Origin: Candidatus Obscuribacteraceae bacterium
Lineage (GTDB): Bacteria; Cyanobacteriota; Vampirovibrionia; Obscuribacterales; Obscuribacteraceae
Direction of reading: 5' to 3'
Assembly (NCBI GenBank): GCA_044229845.1
Contig: JBGASG010000002.1
Location: 617,130 to 681,129, forward strand
Length of the DNA: 64,000 bases
The first letter of the stretch is position 1. Every line of letters starts with the position of its first letter. The notes under the pieces are model-generated. The model was not told where the DNA came from. It made no database searches and worked only from the letters and a program-made list of their open reading frames with translations. This document shows, piece after piece, positions 1 to 10,975 of this stretch. Position numbers and translations under genes: made by a program.

Positions 1-606
1 GAACAGTGCATCGAAAGCACGAATGCACTCGTCGACCAGGGCTTCCGGATTGCCGCGGTGGCTGGAGCGGTATTCATATGGGAAAGGCAGGGTGTAGATC
101 GAACCCGGCAGCGGCTCGTACATTTCGCGGTAATAGAGCTTGCTGGTGGTCAGAGCCGTAGTCATGAGGGTGCGTCCGTGGAACGAACCCTTGAAGTTGA
201 CGATTGCCGGACGGCGAGTGACGTACCGCGCCAGCTTCAGGGCGCCCTCGACGGCTTCGGCGCCGCTATTGGCAAGGAAGACCGAGTCAAGTTTGCCGGG
301 GGCAATCTCGGCGAGCTTCTTGGCCAGGTCGATGTAGGGCTTGTTATGAGTGACCACCGAAGTGTGCATCAACTGTGCAACCTGCTTCTGGACCGCTTCC
401 ACGACCTTGGGATGGCAGTGCCCGACGCTGTTCACGGCAATGCCTGTCGCAAAATCGAGGTAGGCGTCACCGTTCATGTCATAGATGTACGACCCTTCGG
501 CGCGCTCAGCGACAATATGCGCGGTTCTGGACAGAACCGGGTTCACATGCGCTTCGTCGAGCTTGAGGTAGGCCTCATTCTTGTCTGTTTTCGAAACCGT
601 CACCAT
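1..606 (-). CDS. Class III PLP-dependent aminotransferase (GabT/ArgD-like), 5' part; runs off the window edge
   Basis: Manual minus-strand translation: MVTVSK...AEGSYIYDMNGDAYLDFATGIAVNSVGHCHP...FLANSGAEAVEGALKLAR...FKGSFHGRT; AAGGAGA Shine-Dalgarno upstream of the ATG at 606. Absent from the ORF track because it is truncated. Confidence 0.9.
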   Translation of the reverse strand, partial: MVTVSKTDKNEAYLKLDEAHVNPVLSRTAHIVAERAEGSYIYDMNGDAYLDFATGIAVNSVGHCHPKVVEAVQKQVAQLMHTSVVTHNKPYIDLAKKLAEIAPGKLDSVFLANSGAEAVEGALKLARYVTRRPAIVNFKGSFHGRTLMTTALTTSKLYYREMYEPLPGSIYTLPFPYEYRSSHRGNPEALVDECIRAFDALF

Positions 607-989
607 CGCTGTCTCCTTCTGGTATCCGGCTAATCGGGGCTTTCCGCACCGGGCGTCCCCTGAGATGAGGCGCCGGCGGCAGTTTCCCGCCCTAGTCTGA
701 TCCACTCAGCAGACAACCATATTGCAAGCCCGCTAAAACGGGCTGATTGCCTGCCCCTCTGCTTTAAATGACCTCAGATCTTAGCGCACAAGCGCTTTTC
801 AAACCCCTGAAGCGCGCTAATCAAGCAAGATTCGACCCGCTATGGCTGTCATTGCCCGCGTGCACAAAGTTTGCACGCCTCAAAAACGGGCACCCGTGGA
901 CCTTTGCGGTTTTCACAATTTTTTCACGGTCGCAGGCTTATGCTGGGCTCGTTAGGCAGGACCCTGGGTTGGTCTCTAGCGGGGCGGAA

Positions 990-1304
990 ATGAATCCAAT
1001 CTCTGATAGGCGGGGTGTACCCGCGCGAGTCTTAGGGTCGCTTCTGGCGCAAGCCAGAGTCATAGCTGACTACCAATTTCTGGCTGAGCACTGCGGTGTC
1101 ACCCGGGAAGAAATAGATGCGGTCACGGACGACGATCAATCTACCACCATATCCGGTGCAGCCTGGGCAGCGCATCGCACCACATGCGAAACCGCCGACG
1201 ATGCAAAAGAACTGTTCGGCGCCGCGCTTGGGGCGAACGCACGCGTGCGTTTCCTCGACAGCCTGCGCTCCGACCTCAGCGATTGCAACTCGGCCATCGC
1301 CTAG
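990..1304 (+). CDS. Small hypothetical protein
   Basis: 3' part of ORF 768..1304 from the ATG at 990; fills the gap and converges on the stop at 1312; no recognised motif. Confidence 0.35.
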   Translation: MNPISDRRGVPARVLGSLLAQARVIADYQFLAEHCGVTREEIDAVTDDDQSTTISGAAWAAHRTTCETADDAKELFGAALGANARVRFLDSLRSDLSDCNSAIA

Positions 1305-1311
1305 GCGGCCG

Positions 1312-4300
1312 CTATTCCATTTGTTCGTCTTGCGCAATTTGAATGGACGTGAACGCGTCTTTGATCGCGGTGTTGATGCGAATCAGCGCTTGCTCGGAAG
1401 ACTTGCGCACCAGATAGGCATCCTCTTCCAGACGTGAGATCAATTCTTCTTGCAGTTGCTTGGCCCGCTCTTCCAGACTGGCGACGCTGGCATTCAGTGA
1501 CTCGTGGATTTCTTGAGCGGCTTCGGAAGTTTTGGCATCCATGCGTTCCAAAACCGACTCACGCTCGTTCAATAGATCCGCGTCGCCTTCGATATTGGCG
1601 GGGTCGCACAGCACTCGCACCGAGCGGTCCATTTCGGAAATCTGTTCTTCGGTGCGCTGGAATTTCGCCTTCGCATCCTCAATCGTGTCTTCGACGAAGG
1701 CGCGGAAGTCCATGTCGCAGCGGTCGGCATCGAAGCGCTGACGCTCCTCGACCGACTCGCGAATCTTGCTGGTCTGAACGATGACATCGGAGATTTGCTG
1801 TTTCTTGTCGTCCAGAATAGGCGCGAACTCTTCGATGATCTGGGCGGCTTTAGCTTCCAGGTCCGAAATCAATTTGCTCTGAAACTCGCTGATCAACGCC
1901 CGCAGCGTATCGCGGTGCGTACGCAACTGCGGCGTCAACTGAGTCTGCACCGCATCCAGGCGAGCCGTGACGAAATCCAGCTCTGCCGCCTGAATAGATT
2001 GTCCAAGTCGGGACAACACATCTTGATTGATGTGGTCGAGTTGTTTGCGGGCGCGGTCGTAGACCTGTCCCAGCTGGTTGTCCAGGTGTTCGTAGTTATC
2101 GCGCAGCGATTCGGCGGTGGACTTACTGCGGTCCTGCACCTGCTCGTTGACGTGCTCGATGATGCCGTCCAGTGCAAATGAATAGTATTCGTTTGCTTCC
2201 GTAAACTGATTGAGCAGCGACTCCATCAGTTGCCGCAAGTCAGCCATGGCTTTGGCACGCTGCGCATCGCTCGTTTCCTGGAAAGACCGCGCCAGCACTT
2301 CCGCTCGCACGCGCACTTCTTCGAACGACTCGTTGAGAGACTCGGTGAGCGACTTGTTTTTCTCATCGACGGCTTCTTCGCCTTCTTCGACGAAACGCTC
2401 GATCGCGTCGCGTCCGACGACAGCCTTCTGTCCTATGTCGACGCGCACATCGTTCATGGCTTGTTGCAGCCGCTCGGTCAGATAAGTGCGCAGTTCGTTG
2501 GTCTTTTCGATGCTGGCTTTTTCCGATTCGCGCACTTTCTCGACGGCAGACGAAAACGCGGAATTCAAAGATTCGGAAATCTCTTCCAGCTGCTCTTCCA
2601 GCTTCGCGGACGCTTTGGTTGCCTGTTGCTCCAGCTTGGAGACCAGTCCGGCAACGCCGCTCTTCACGTTGAGCGGGTCTTTGAGGGCGCTGATACGGCT
2701 CTCTCCGAGCGGTCCCTCGGCTCTCTTCTTGCGCGGCGGCACGGCGGCGATCGACGACGGCGGCTCGATACGCACCGGTTCCGGCACTTCGCGGGGCGGT
2801 TCCGGCTCTTCCGGTTCGGCTCCGAATGTGGCCAGAATCGGGTCGATCTTGGGCACGGAGATTTTCACTTGCGGCGGCGACGGCGGCGCGTCAGCATCGC
2901 TGCCTGCGCCCTTCACTTCCACAGGTCGCACCACTGACGGTGGCTCGATGTGCGGCTTTTGAATCTCAGTCGTAAACTCCGAGACGGGCAGCGGAGGCAT
3001 GCCGGCATCGGCAGGCGGCGCCGGCGGCAATCCGGATCCCATAAAATCAATAGCCGGCGCGGCAGCCGGTATTTCTGGCGCGGGCGCGGCGGTGCTTGTA
3101 TCTGCAGCCGCAGCAGCTGGCGCCGGGGGCGCAGCGGGCGGTGCCGGTATTGTCGGTGCTGTCGGTGCTGTCGGTGCAGGTGTTGCCGGTGCAGGCGGTG
3201 TCGCCGCCGGTTCCGGTTCGCCGCCGCCGAATATATCTTGTGGCACCGGCGGTGGTGCCGGACCGCCACCACCCAGCTTGGCAAGCGAATCCATGCCGGC
3301 GAACTTAGGCGGTTGCTGAGTCAAGCTACCCAGTAGTTTGCTGAAGCCGGTCGGTCCGCCGCTGCCGTCTTGGGCAGCATCACCACCGGGCGCATCCCAG
3401 GGCGAGGGTCCGCCGGGGGCAGAACCTGCTTCAGCGGCAGCAGCTGGTGGAGTTGACGGTGCATCGACAGGTGTTGGTGCCGCTTGCGGTGCGGTTTCCG
3501 CCGTATCTGCCGGCGGCGTCGCCGCTGCAGCCGGAGCCGCGCCGGCGTCGGCAGGTTGTTTGGATGGCGGCACGGGAATCTTGATGGCCAGGCGACCGGG
3601 ACGGGTGCTCGGCACCGGCGGTGGTGCGGGAGCTTCGACCGGCGGCGGTGGCGGGGCTGGCGGCACCGGCAATTCGCTGGTGGCAGCAGTTGTGGGAGCA
3701 GCTGCAGGCGGAGTAGGCACAGACTCGGCAGACGGCATGTCCATTCCACCTTCGAAATCAGGCACTGGCGGTACACTTGGTTGGGCACCACCGGCGGGTG
3801 GCAGATTGCGCGGACCCAGTGAAGCCAGGATACCCGGACGTCCACCACCACCACCGGCGGCGGCAGGCGGTGTTGGTACGGCTGGCGCTGCCGGAGCTTC
3901 GGCAGCCGGCTGCGGCTGCGGTGCTTGCGGCACCGGCATAGACGGAATCTGCGGCATCGGAATTTTGATCTGGGGCTTCGGCTGGCTGGTGGTGATGGCT
4001 TCGCCAGGAGCGCCCGGGTCGGGAGTCTTGTTGTTGAGCGCGGCAGCTTCCGCCGCTTCCACAATCGCGCCCAGCAGAGCATCCTTGGCGTCGACACCAG
4101 GATTACGCTTCTGGAACTTAGCCAGCATCGGCATCGCGTCCATGGTCGCTTCCTGGTCGTCTTCCTTCTCTTCCAGATCCATATATAGGGCGGCGCGTTC
4201 ACCGGTATTGGTCTTCGCAGCCGTTGCCACTTCCCCTGTCTCTTGCGCGCCAGCAGAACGTTCGTTGGTCCCCTCAAGGGCAACGAACACTTCGCGCATG

Positions 4301-4920
4301 TCAGGCAGCTTGGTGCCGGCCGGCGGCTCTTTGTCCGAGAAAAGCAAGAAGGCCAGTTGACCCGGATCGAGCACCGACTCGGTGAAACCCGGATCCATCT
4401 GCATGCCCAGCGTCGTTAAAAAAGTCATGACGGGATCGGGCAAATTCAATTGGTTGGCGCTGCGTGAACCTGAGCCGCCATACCGTGCCATCATCTCAGC
4501 CAGGCGCACATCGATCGTGTCGTCAATGTCCTGCTGTCTGCGTCCTACCGCATAGTAGAAGCCACCACCATTGGATTTGGCGATTGCTGCCTGCACGGCA
4601 AGAAACTGTTCCAGCGGCTGCGTGTCGTACCGATCACCGGAAACATTGATGGCCATCAGCTGACCACCCTCGCCCTTGAGAATCAAGCACGCCTGCGCGA
4701 CTTTAAAAGAATCGCCTTCCGAAACACCGATACCGCTGGTGGAGTCACCCCAGGGGCTGTAAATAGGATCGAGGAAGAAAAGCACATCGCCTGAACGCAG
4801 ATTCTGCGCGTGGCGGGTCGCCCATACCTCCGGTGTGATGGTCGAAGACGGCTGCCAGTAACGAAGATACTGGCGCATCGTCTGGAAAGGTAGATTCTGC
4901 TGAAAAAGCAGGAAGCTCAT
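1312..4920 (-). CDS. Large hypothetical protein: N-terminal globular region, long Pro/Ala-rich disordered linker, C-terminal ~440-aa coiled coil
   Basis: 1202-aa ORF; ATGA overlap with the upstream gene; composition-based domain reading. Confidence 0.85.
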   Translation of the reverse strand: MSFLLFQQNLPFQTMRQYLRYWQPSSTITPEVWATRHAQNLRSGDVLFFLDPIYSPWGDSTSGIGVSEGDSFKVAQACLILKGEGGQLMAINVSGDRYDTQPLEQFLAVQAAIAKSNGGGFYYAVGRRQQDIDDTIDVRLAEMMARYGGSGSRSANQLNLPDPVMTFLTTLGMQMDPGFTESVLDPGQLAFLLFSDKEPPAGTKLPDMREVFVALEGTNERSAGAQETGEVATAAKTNTGERAALYMDLEEKEDDQEATMDAMPMLAKFQKRNPGVDAKDALLGAIVEAAEAAALNNKTPDPGAPGEAITTSQPKPQIKIPMPQIPSMPVPQAPQPQPAAEAPAAPAVPTPPAAAGGGGGRPGILASLGPRNLPPAGGAQPSVPPVPDFEGGMDMPSAESVPTPPAAAPTTAATSELPVPPAPPPPPVEAPAPPPVPSTRPGRLAIKIPVPPSKQPADAGAAPAAAATPPADTAETAPQAAPTPVDAPSTPPAAAAEAGSAPGGPSPWDAPGGDAAQDGSGGPTGFSKLLGSLTQQPPKFAGMDSLAKLGGGGPAPPPVPQDIFGGGEPEPAATPPAPATPAPTAPTAPTIPAPPAAPPAPAAAAADTSTAAPAPEIPAAAPAIDFMGSGLPPAPPADAGMPPLPVSEFTTEIQKPHIEPPSVVRPVEVKGAGSDADAPPSPPQVKISVPKIDPILATFGAEPEEPEPPREVPEPVRIEPPSSIAAVPPRKKRAEGPLGESRISALKDPLNVKSGVAGLVSKLEQQATKASAKLEEQLEEISESLNSAFSSAVEKVRESEKASIEKTNELRTYLTERLQQAMNDVRVDIGQKAVVGRDAIERFVEEGEEAVDEKNKSLTESLNESFEEVRVRAEVLARSFQETSDAQRAKAMADLRQLMESLLNQFTEANEYYSFALDGIIEHVNEQVQDRSKSTAESLRDNYEHLDNQLGQVYDRARKQLDHINQDVLSRLGQSIQAAELDFVTARLDAVQTQLTPQLRTHRDTLRALISEFQSKLISDLEAKAAQIIEEFAPILDDKKQQISDVIVQTSKIRESVEERQRFDADRCDMDFRAFVEDTIEDAKAKFQRTEEQISEMDRSVRVLCDPANIEGDADLLNERESVLERMDAKTSEAAQEIHESLNASVASLEERAKQLQEELISRLEEDAYLVRKSSEQALIRINTAIKDAFTSIQIAQDEQME

Positions 4921-6650
4921 GGGGTACCTTCTCCCTGTCCAGGCGGTCTCTTCTCTGTCCTGGTGACGCGAATCTTAGGATTGCGACGCACCTCGCCTTC
5001 CGGCTTGGCCTCGGGAGGTTTCTCCTCAGCATCTTTGTCTGCGGCGGCAGCGCTATCATCTCTGTCAGCGGCAGCAGCGCTATCATCTCTGTCAGCGGCG
5101 GCAGCACCCGTGCTGTCGGAATCTTTGTCCTCGTCCGTCAATGCCGAAGCGATTTCCGAAAGCATGCTGCTCTCGTCGTCACCGGACTTGGCTGCCGCGC
5201 CATCGCTGTCTTTGCCGTCTTCCTCGCCCTTCTCGCCACGCGGCAGAGCGATGCGTTTGCTCTTAGCCGGTACCGGTGTAGTTTCCAGCTTCAGCGAAGA
5301 GTCACTGGCACCGCCACCGGTGCCGGCTTTGAGAATAATATCCAGCGCCATCTGTTTGCGGGCGTTAACCCGGTCGATAAAGACTGTCGCCAACGCTTCT
5401 ATAGATGCGATGCGCTCTCCGGAGATCGTCTTGAACTCGGAGGCGGCCCCTTCCTGTGCGGTGGTGATGGCAGTTTCCGCCTCCGCGCAAATGCTCTTCA
5501 GCTCTTCCAGCGTCTTGGTGGCCAGTGAATTCAGTTTCTCACCGAACTTGGACTGTACATCCTCCAGCTCGTTCCAGATTTCCTGCACCAGGCGTCCGCG
5601 CTCGTCATCGAGCTCTTGCCTGAAAGTCTCACCCGATCTGATGCGGCGGGTCAGCTCATCGGTAAATGCCGTCATGTGCACGGTGCCCGACTTGCGCAAA
5701 TCTTGTTCACGGTCGGCCAGATGGCTGATTATCGACTCGGCGAGGCTATCCATGTCGCGGCTCAAGTCTTGCGTTTTCATCGATAGATCGGCCATCGATG
5801 ACTCGTGCAAGCTCTCCAGATCGGAAGCCGCCCGCACGGATGCATAATCGAATGAGCCGTTGGAATCATCGAGCGACTGTTTGAAGCTGTGCTGCAGATG
5901 CTCTTCGGCATCGTTGGTTTTTTCGGTAGCACCACGCAACAGCCGCTCGAGCACTTGCTTGATCTCAGTTTGCCCCTCGCGCGAGAAATTGGCGAAGCCC
6001 TTGGTGCAGGTGCTCAAGTTTTCGACGATGCGCTCTTCAGCATAGGTGACGCTGGTTTTTACCGAGCTCAAGTGTGTGAAGTAGGAGCCGAACAGTTTGT
6101 TTTTGGCTTCGTTTTCGTCTTCGACCAGCGTATGGAGGTTTTCTTCCACAGCCTTCTGCGATTCATCGACGGCGACGTTGCCGGTATCTTTGATTTGCTG
6201 TGCAGCCGACAAGCCATGGCGCAGCAAATTGGTGTGCACATCGTTGGCTTCCGCATCATGCTGGTCGGTGGCATCTTTAGATACGTCAGCCAGTCTATGC
6301 CCGGAAGAAACTTTCAGGTGATTGACCGACTCGGAAAACTTCTTTGTCAAAAGCACCAGTCCTTCGACAAGGTTTTTGACGCACTTTTCGTTTTCATGAA
6401 TTTCCGACGCCACAGCTTTCTCGATACGTTCCAGTCCGCGATCGAGGTAAGCGCGCAGCTCTTCTTCCAGCTGCGCCGTTTTGTCTTCCAGCAGCTTGCG
6501 CGCCGCCGGCTCATCTTGAGTGTGTGTCGTCAGGTGACTTTCGGTAGCCTGTTCAATAGCATTCTTCTGGTTGACCTCGAGTTCTTCGAGGCGCTTTTCA
6601 CCAGCGTCGAATATATCTTGAAGGCTCTTACCAGAAACGTTCACTGCCAC
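4917..6650 (-). CDS. Coiled-coil (apolipoprotein-repeat-like) hypothetical protein with acidic/low-complexity tail
   Basis: 577-aa ORF, E/K/L/A-rich helical pattern; GTG start 4 nt after the upstream stop. Confidence 0.85.
   Translation of the reverse strand: MAVNVSGKSLQDIFDAGEKRLEELEVNQKNAIEQATESHLTTHTQDEPAARKLLEDKTAQLEEELRAYLDRGLERIEKAVASEIHENEKCVKNLVEGLVLLTKKFSESVNHLKVSSGHRLADVSKDATDQHDAEANDVHTNLLRHGLSAAQQIKDTGNVAVDESQKAVEENLHTLVEDENEAKNKLFGSYFTHLSSVKTSVTYAEERIVENLSTCTKGFANFSREGQTEIKQVLERLLRGATEKTNDAEEHLQHSFKQSLDDSNGSFDYASVRAASDLESLHESSMADLSMKTQDLSRDMDSLAESIISHLADREQDLRKSGTVHMTAFTDELTRRIRSGETFRQELDDERGRLVQEIWNELEDVQSKFGEKLNSLATKTLEELKSICAEAETAITTAQEGAASEFKTISGERIASIEALATVFIDRVNARKQMALDIILKAGTGGGASDSSLKLETTPVPAKSKRIALPRGEKGEEDGKDSDGAAAKSGDDESSMLSEIASALTDEDKDSDSTGAAAADRDDSAAAADRDDSAAAADKDAEEKPPEAKPEGEVRRNPKIRVTRTEKRPPGQGEGTP
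5041..5105. repeat. 27-bp intragenic tandem repeat (DRDDSAAAA x2 plus partial)
   Basis: gcggc(g/a)gcagcgctatcatctctgtca at 5041-5067 and 5068-5094. Confidence 0.9.
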
Positions 6651-6654
6651 CTCG

Positions 6655-8076
6655 CTAATCCGCCCCGAACGACAACATAGCCTTGCGATACGCTACGACC
6701 GTGATCTCCGCATCGCGTCCGGCTTTCTCTATCTGTTCGAGCTGCGATTCCAGCTCGGTGCACTGTTTTTGAAACTCCTTCATCGCCCGCTCTACATCTT
6801 TAGCCATCATGCGGCTTTCGCGTTCGAGCAATTCCACGGCACCAGCTTTGGTGCTCTCGATGCGCTGGTTAAACCCATCGGTCGACTTGACGAAGTCGCT
6901 GAGCAAAGTCTCGGAAGCACTGCGCACCGACTCGGTCAATCCGGCGCCCCAGCGCTTCAGGTGCGTGGTCAACTGATCGCGCAACTTCTGATCTTTATGC
7001 TGGCGAGCAATACCTGTATAACGCAAGTCCGCATTGTGCTCGCTGATATATGTTTCGAGGCGCTTGAGCAGAGTTTCCAGTTTCTCCAGATATTCGCGTT
7101 CGAGCGCTCGCAAAGAAACTTCCAGTTCGCTACGCGTCAAACGAATCTTTTCCTGCGCCTGGTGTGTCAGTTCGCCCAATTCGTTGCGAGCCTGAGCGCC
7201 GACGTTAGCCAGTTTCGTCTCATAAGCTTCGCGCAGCACGGTACTCAAGTTGAGCAGCGAACTGTCGAAGTTGTCGCAGACTTCGCCGACCTGTTCTTTG
7301 AAATTGTCATTGGCGCGATCCAGTGCTTGCAGCGCCGTAGACTTTGCTGCTTTCACGGAATCAAGTCCGACTTCGCTCTTCAAATTGAGCTGCTCGATAG
7401 TTTCTTCACAGCGCACGCTCAGATCGTCAGCCAGTCCATCGGTCTTGCCGCGCAGTTGTTCCTGGCAATCGGAGAGCGTGCGCGAAATCTGGCCGCGCGC
7501 GGAGTCGGTTTTGTCGACGATGCTGCCGGAGACCTGTCCCAACTTTTCCGCCAGCATGATTTCTGCCTGATCTCTGCTGGAATCGATCGATTGACTGCTT
7601 TCGTCAAGAAACGTCTTGAGCGCCTTGATCGTCACATCGGAAGCGCTGCGAATCTGGCGCTCCGGTTCTTCGAGATAGGTGCGCAGTTCGGACATGCGCG
7701 TTTCGATCAAAGTGGCTATTTTCGATTCCAGCTCAGAGGAGTGATTGGCCAGCCTAGAACGCACATCGCGACCGGATGCAAGTATTGCTTCCACTTCCGC
7801 CCGCTCGGCTTCGGAAAGCTCCTTCATGAGCTTCTCTTTGTCGCGCAGCAGATCTTCTAAATTGCTTTTCACGCAGTAGTCGAACCGGCGCGACACGGCG
7901 CGCAGCTCTTCTTCAAATGATTTACCGAGGCTGTCGCTGAACGTAATTAAGTGCTCGGTGTAAGTCGACACCGATTTCTCAAGCTCGACGCTGGCTTTTG
8001 CCAATGCCTCGAGCATCTGCTTAGCGGTTGAGTCAAAATTTTCAGCTGATTGTGACTTGCTGGTTGCCATTGCCAA
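6655..8076 (-). CDS. Coiled-coil hypothetical protein
   Basis: 473-aa all-helical-looking ORF; start may be the ATG at 8070. Confidence 0.85.
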   Translation of the reverse strand: MAMATSKSQSAENFDSTAKQMLEALAKASVELEKSVSTYTEHLITFSDSLGKSFEEELRAVSRRFDYCVKSNLEDLLRDKEKLMKELSEAERAEVEAILASGRDVRSRLANHSSELESKIATLIETRMSELRTYLEEPERQIRSASDVTIKALKTFLDESSQSIDSSRDQAEIMLAEKLGQVSGSIVDKTDSARGQISRTLSDCQEQLRGKTDGLADDLSVRCEETIEQLNLKSEVGLDSVKAAKSTALQALDRANDNFKEQVGEVCDNFDSSLLNLSTVLREAYETKLANVGAQARNELGELTHQAQEKIRLTRSELEVSLRALEREYLEKLETLLKRLETYISEHNADLRYTGIARQHKDQKLRDQLTTHLKRWGAGLTESVRSASETLLSDFVKSTDGFNQRIESTKAGAVELLERESRMMAKDVERAMKEFQKQCTELESQLEQIEKAGRDAEITVVAYRKAMLSFGAD

Positions 8077-8351
8077 AAGCGTCTAAAAACGACCAAAATC
8101 CCCAGTCATATAGGTTATGCCCACATCGAACCTCATATCTTATGCAAAATCGCCTAAAACCCGCCAGTAGGCTAGCCAAGCGGTCGCCGCCTAAATGCGG
8201 CTCGCCTGAGAAAACACGCGCCAGTGCTGACAAATGCAGGAAGTCAAGAACCGCTCGAAAAATTCGCGGTTATTCCGAATATTAAGCAACCGCGTCTGAT
8301 AAGGTTTCGCGGTCGCCGATAACGTCAGAGCTCAAGCGATATCGCTTCAGT

Positions 8352-10934
8352 TTATTTGACGCGACCGAGGGTCGGGCGGCGGCCGGTTTTGGTTGCACCG
8401 GTCACTTTTCTTTTGCCGTTTTTGCCGTTTCGTTCGCTTTGTTTGACTCTGGCGCTCGCTTTAGCGCTTGCCTTGCGGGTTGATGATGGCTTCTTGGTAG
8501 ATCTTGCGGCGGTTTTGGATTTAGTAGCGGCACTCTTGACCGGCACCGTCTCTTTCCGTCCAGCTTTGGCGGTGGATTTCGGTTCGGCTTTCTTATCGGC
8601 TTTGCTGTCCGCTCTATTGAATGACAGTCTGAAGACCTCATCCAAGTGCGCGACCGGGATTAGCGTCAATTTTTCAGTGACGTATTGCGGGATGTCCTGC
8701 AAATCCTTTTCGTTGCCTTTTGGGAAAAGTACCGTGGTGACGCCGGCGCGCACTGCAGCCAGGACTTTTTCGCGCAGACCGCCGATGGAGAGCACGCGTC
8801 CGCGCAGGGTTACTTCGCCGGTCATGGCCAGACCCGGGCGCACAGCACGCTTGGCGAGCGCCGAGAAAAGCGCAACCGTAAGTGCAATACCAGCCGAGGG
8901 ACCATCTTTGGGGATGGCGCCTTCCGGGATGTGTACGTGGATGTCGATGTGTTCCTGGAACGACGGGTCAACGCCCAGACGGTCGGCGTGACTGCGTATA
9001 TAGGTGAGCGCCGCCTGCGCCGATTCCTTCATGACGTCGCCGAGTTGTCCGGTCAACTGCAATTTGCCTTTGCCGGACATGATGTTGACTTCGATGGAGA
9101 GAATTTCGCCGCCGGTCTCGGTCCAGGCCAAGCCGTTGACGATGCCGATACGCGGACCGGGCCCGTGCACTTCTTCTTCGCGCAAAATCTTCGCCGGTCC
9201 CAGATACTTTGGCACCATAATCGGTACCATCTTCACGAGCGTGGAAGGTTCCATAACCACCTGGGTCGCCACCTTGCGGCAGACGGTGGCTACTGCGCGT
9301 TCCAGCGAACGCACACCCGACTCGCGCGTGTACTCTTGAATGATCTTGCGAATCACATCTTTGGGCACCACCAGCTGTTTCTCTTTCAGCCCGTGACGAT
9401 CCATAGTCTTGGGAATGATGTGCTTCTCGGCAATCGCCACCTTCTCTTCTTCTGTATAACCGGAGAGACGAATGATCTCCAGCCGGTCGTGCAGCGGTCG
9501 CGGAATATATTCCAGCGAGTTGGCGGTGGCGACGAAGAAAACTTCCTTCAACGAGAACGGTGCATCGACGTAGTGATCCACGAAATTATCGTTCTGATCC
9601 GGGTCGAGCACTTCCAACATGGCGGCGGTCGGATCGCCCATATAACTGCGGGTCATCTTCTCGATTTCATCGAGCAAAATAACCGGGTTGCGGGTGCCGG
9701 CTTGTTTGACAGCCTGCATGATGCGTCCCGGCATGGCACCAATATAGGTGCGGCGGTGTCCGCGAATTTCCGCTTCGTCGTTGACTCCACCAAGGCTGAT
9801 GCGCACGAACTCACGGTTCATGGCGCGCGCAATTGATTTGACCAGACTGGTTTTGCCGACGCCGGGCGGACCGACCAGGCACAAAATAGTCGCTTGCGGC
9901 TGCTTCGAAAGTTTCCGCACCGCCAGATATTCGATAATCCGCTCTTTGACCTTTTCCAGCCCGTGGTGATCGGCATCGAGAATTTCCTGCGAACGACGCA
10001 AGTCGAGAATATCGCGGGAACGCTTCGCCCAGGGCAGTGACACCAGCGTGTCCAGATAAGTGCGGATAACGGCTGCCTCAGCCGTTTGCGGCATCATTTT
10101 CTCGAGGCGGCTCAACTCTTTGTTGGCTTTCTCGAGCGCGATACCGGTGACTTTCGCTTTGGCGATCTTCTGCCTGTACTCAGCAATTTCGCCGACCGCT
10201 TCGCCTTCGGCATTCAGCTCTTCCTGAATGATTCGCATCTTCTCGCGCAAGTAATATTCGCGCTGCGTCTTCTCTAAATTGAAGCGGACGCGGTCGTGAA
10301 TTTGCTGTTCGAGAAACGCCAGCTCCAACTCGCGTGAGAGCAGCGATCCTACGTATTCAAGGCGTTCGGCGCTGTTGATGATCTCGAGGCACCGCTGGCG
10401 CTCGGCAACATCAAGTCCAAGATACGTGGCGATGATGTCGGAGAGGCGCCCTGGTTGTCCGATTCCGGAGACCGCCAGGAGCGACTCCGGATTGATCTTC
10501 TTGGTCGATTTGACGTACTGCTCGAATTTCTCCACCGTCAGGCGAATCAGAGTCTTGGTGTGGTTATCGTCGGGGACGACTTCGTCCTGTTCGATAACAC
10601 TAGCCGTTAAGTGAGACTCGCCCTGGTAGAGCGCTTCCACACTGACACGACACGAACCTTCCACCAGCACCTTGACGGTGCCGTCCGGCAGCTTGAGCAT
10701 CTGCATTACTTCAGCCAGCGTGCCGATGCGATAGACATCATCAGAGGTCGGCTCTTCCACGTCCGGATCGCGCTGGGCGACCAGCACGACCAGCTTGTCG
10801 TCCCGCAGCAGCGCCTGCTCGAGCGCCGAAATGGACTTGGCCCGGCTGACGAACAGCGGCGTCACCATCTGCGGAAATACCACCACGTCACGTAGCGGAA
10901 TCAAAGGGAAAATGGTGTTGCTGATGTCCGCCAT
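8352..10934 (-). CDS. lon: ATP-dependent Lon protease
   Basis: [10 protein letters not shown]-domain, Walker [17 protein letters not shown], catalytic PKDGPSAG. Confidence 0.98.
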   Translation of the reverse strand: MADISNTIFPLIPLRDVVVFPQMVTPLFVSRAKSISALEQALLRDDKLVVLVAQRDPDVEEPTSDDVYRIGTLAEVMQMLKLPDGTVKVLVEGSCRVSVEALYQGESHLTASVIEQDEVVPDDNHTKTLIRLTVEKFEQYVKSTKKINPESLLAVSGIGQPGRLSDIIATYLGLDVAERQRCLEIINSAERLEYVGSLLSRELELAFLEQQIHDRVRFNLEKTQREYYLREKMRIIQEELNAEGEAVGEIAEYRQKIAKAKVTGIALEKANKELSRLEKMMPQTAEAAVIRTYLDTLVSLPWAKRSRDILDLRRSQEILDADHHGLEKVKERIIEYLAVRKLSKQPQATILCLVGPPGVGKTSLVKSIARAMNREFVRISLGGVNDEAEIRGHRRTYIGAMPGRIMQAVKQAGTRNPVILLDEIEKMTRSYMGDPTAAMLEVLDPDQNDNFVDHYVDAPFSLKEVFFVATANSLEYIPRPLHDRLEIIRLSGYTEEEKVAIAEKHIIPKTMDRHGLKEKQLVVPKDVIRKIIQEYTRESGVRSLERAVATVCRKVATQVVMEPSTLVKMVPIMVPKYLGPAKILREEEVHGPGPRIGIVNGLAWTETGGEILSIEVNIMSGKGKLQLTGQLGDVMKESAQAALTYIRSHADRLGVDPSFQEHIDIHVHIPEGAIPKDGPSAGIALTVALFSALAKRAVRPGLAMTGEVTLRGRVLSIGGLREKVLAAVRAGVTTVLFPKGNEKDLQDIPQYVTEKLTLIPVAHLDEVFRLSFNRADSKADKKAEPKSTAKAGRKETVPVKSAATKSKTAARSTKKPSSTRKASAKASARVKQSERNGKNGKRKVTGATKTGRRPTLGRVK

Positions 10935-10975
10935 GGCAGGAACAAACGCTGAATCAGTAATTGGTGGTCAGCTCC

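Noticed and set aside
58..633. Plus-strand 191-aa ORF and other long antisense or alternate-frame ORFs (e.g. 3338..4360, 6769..7860, 8685..9836, 21360..22607, 59769..61157)
   Set aside because: Shadow ORFs of well-supported genes in GC-rich DNA with no recognisable motifs
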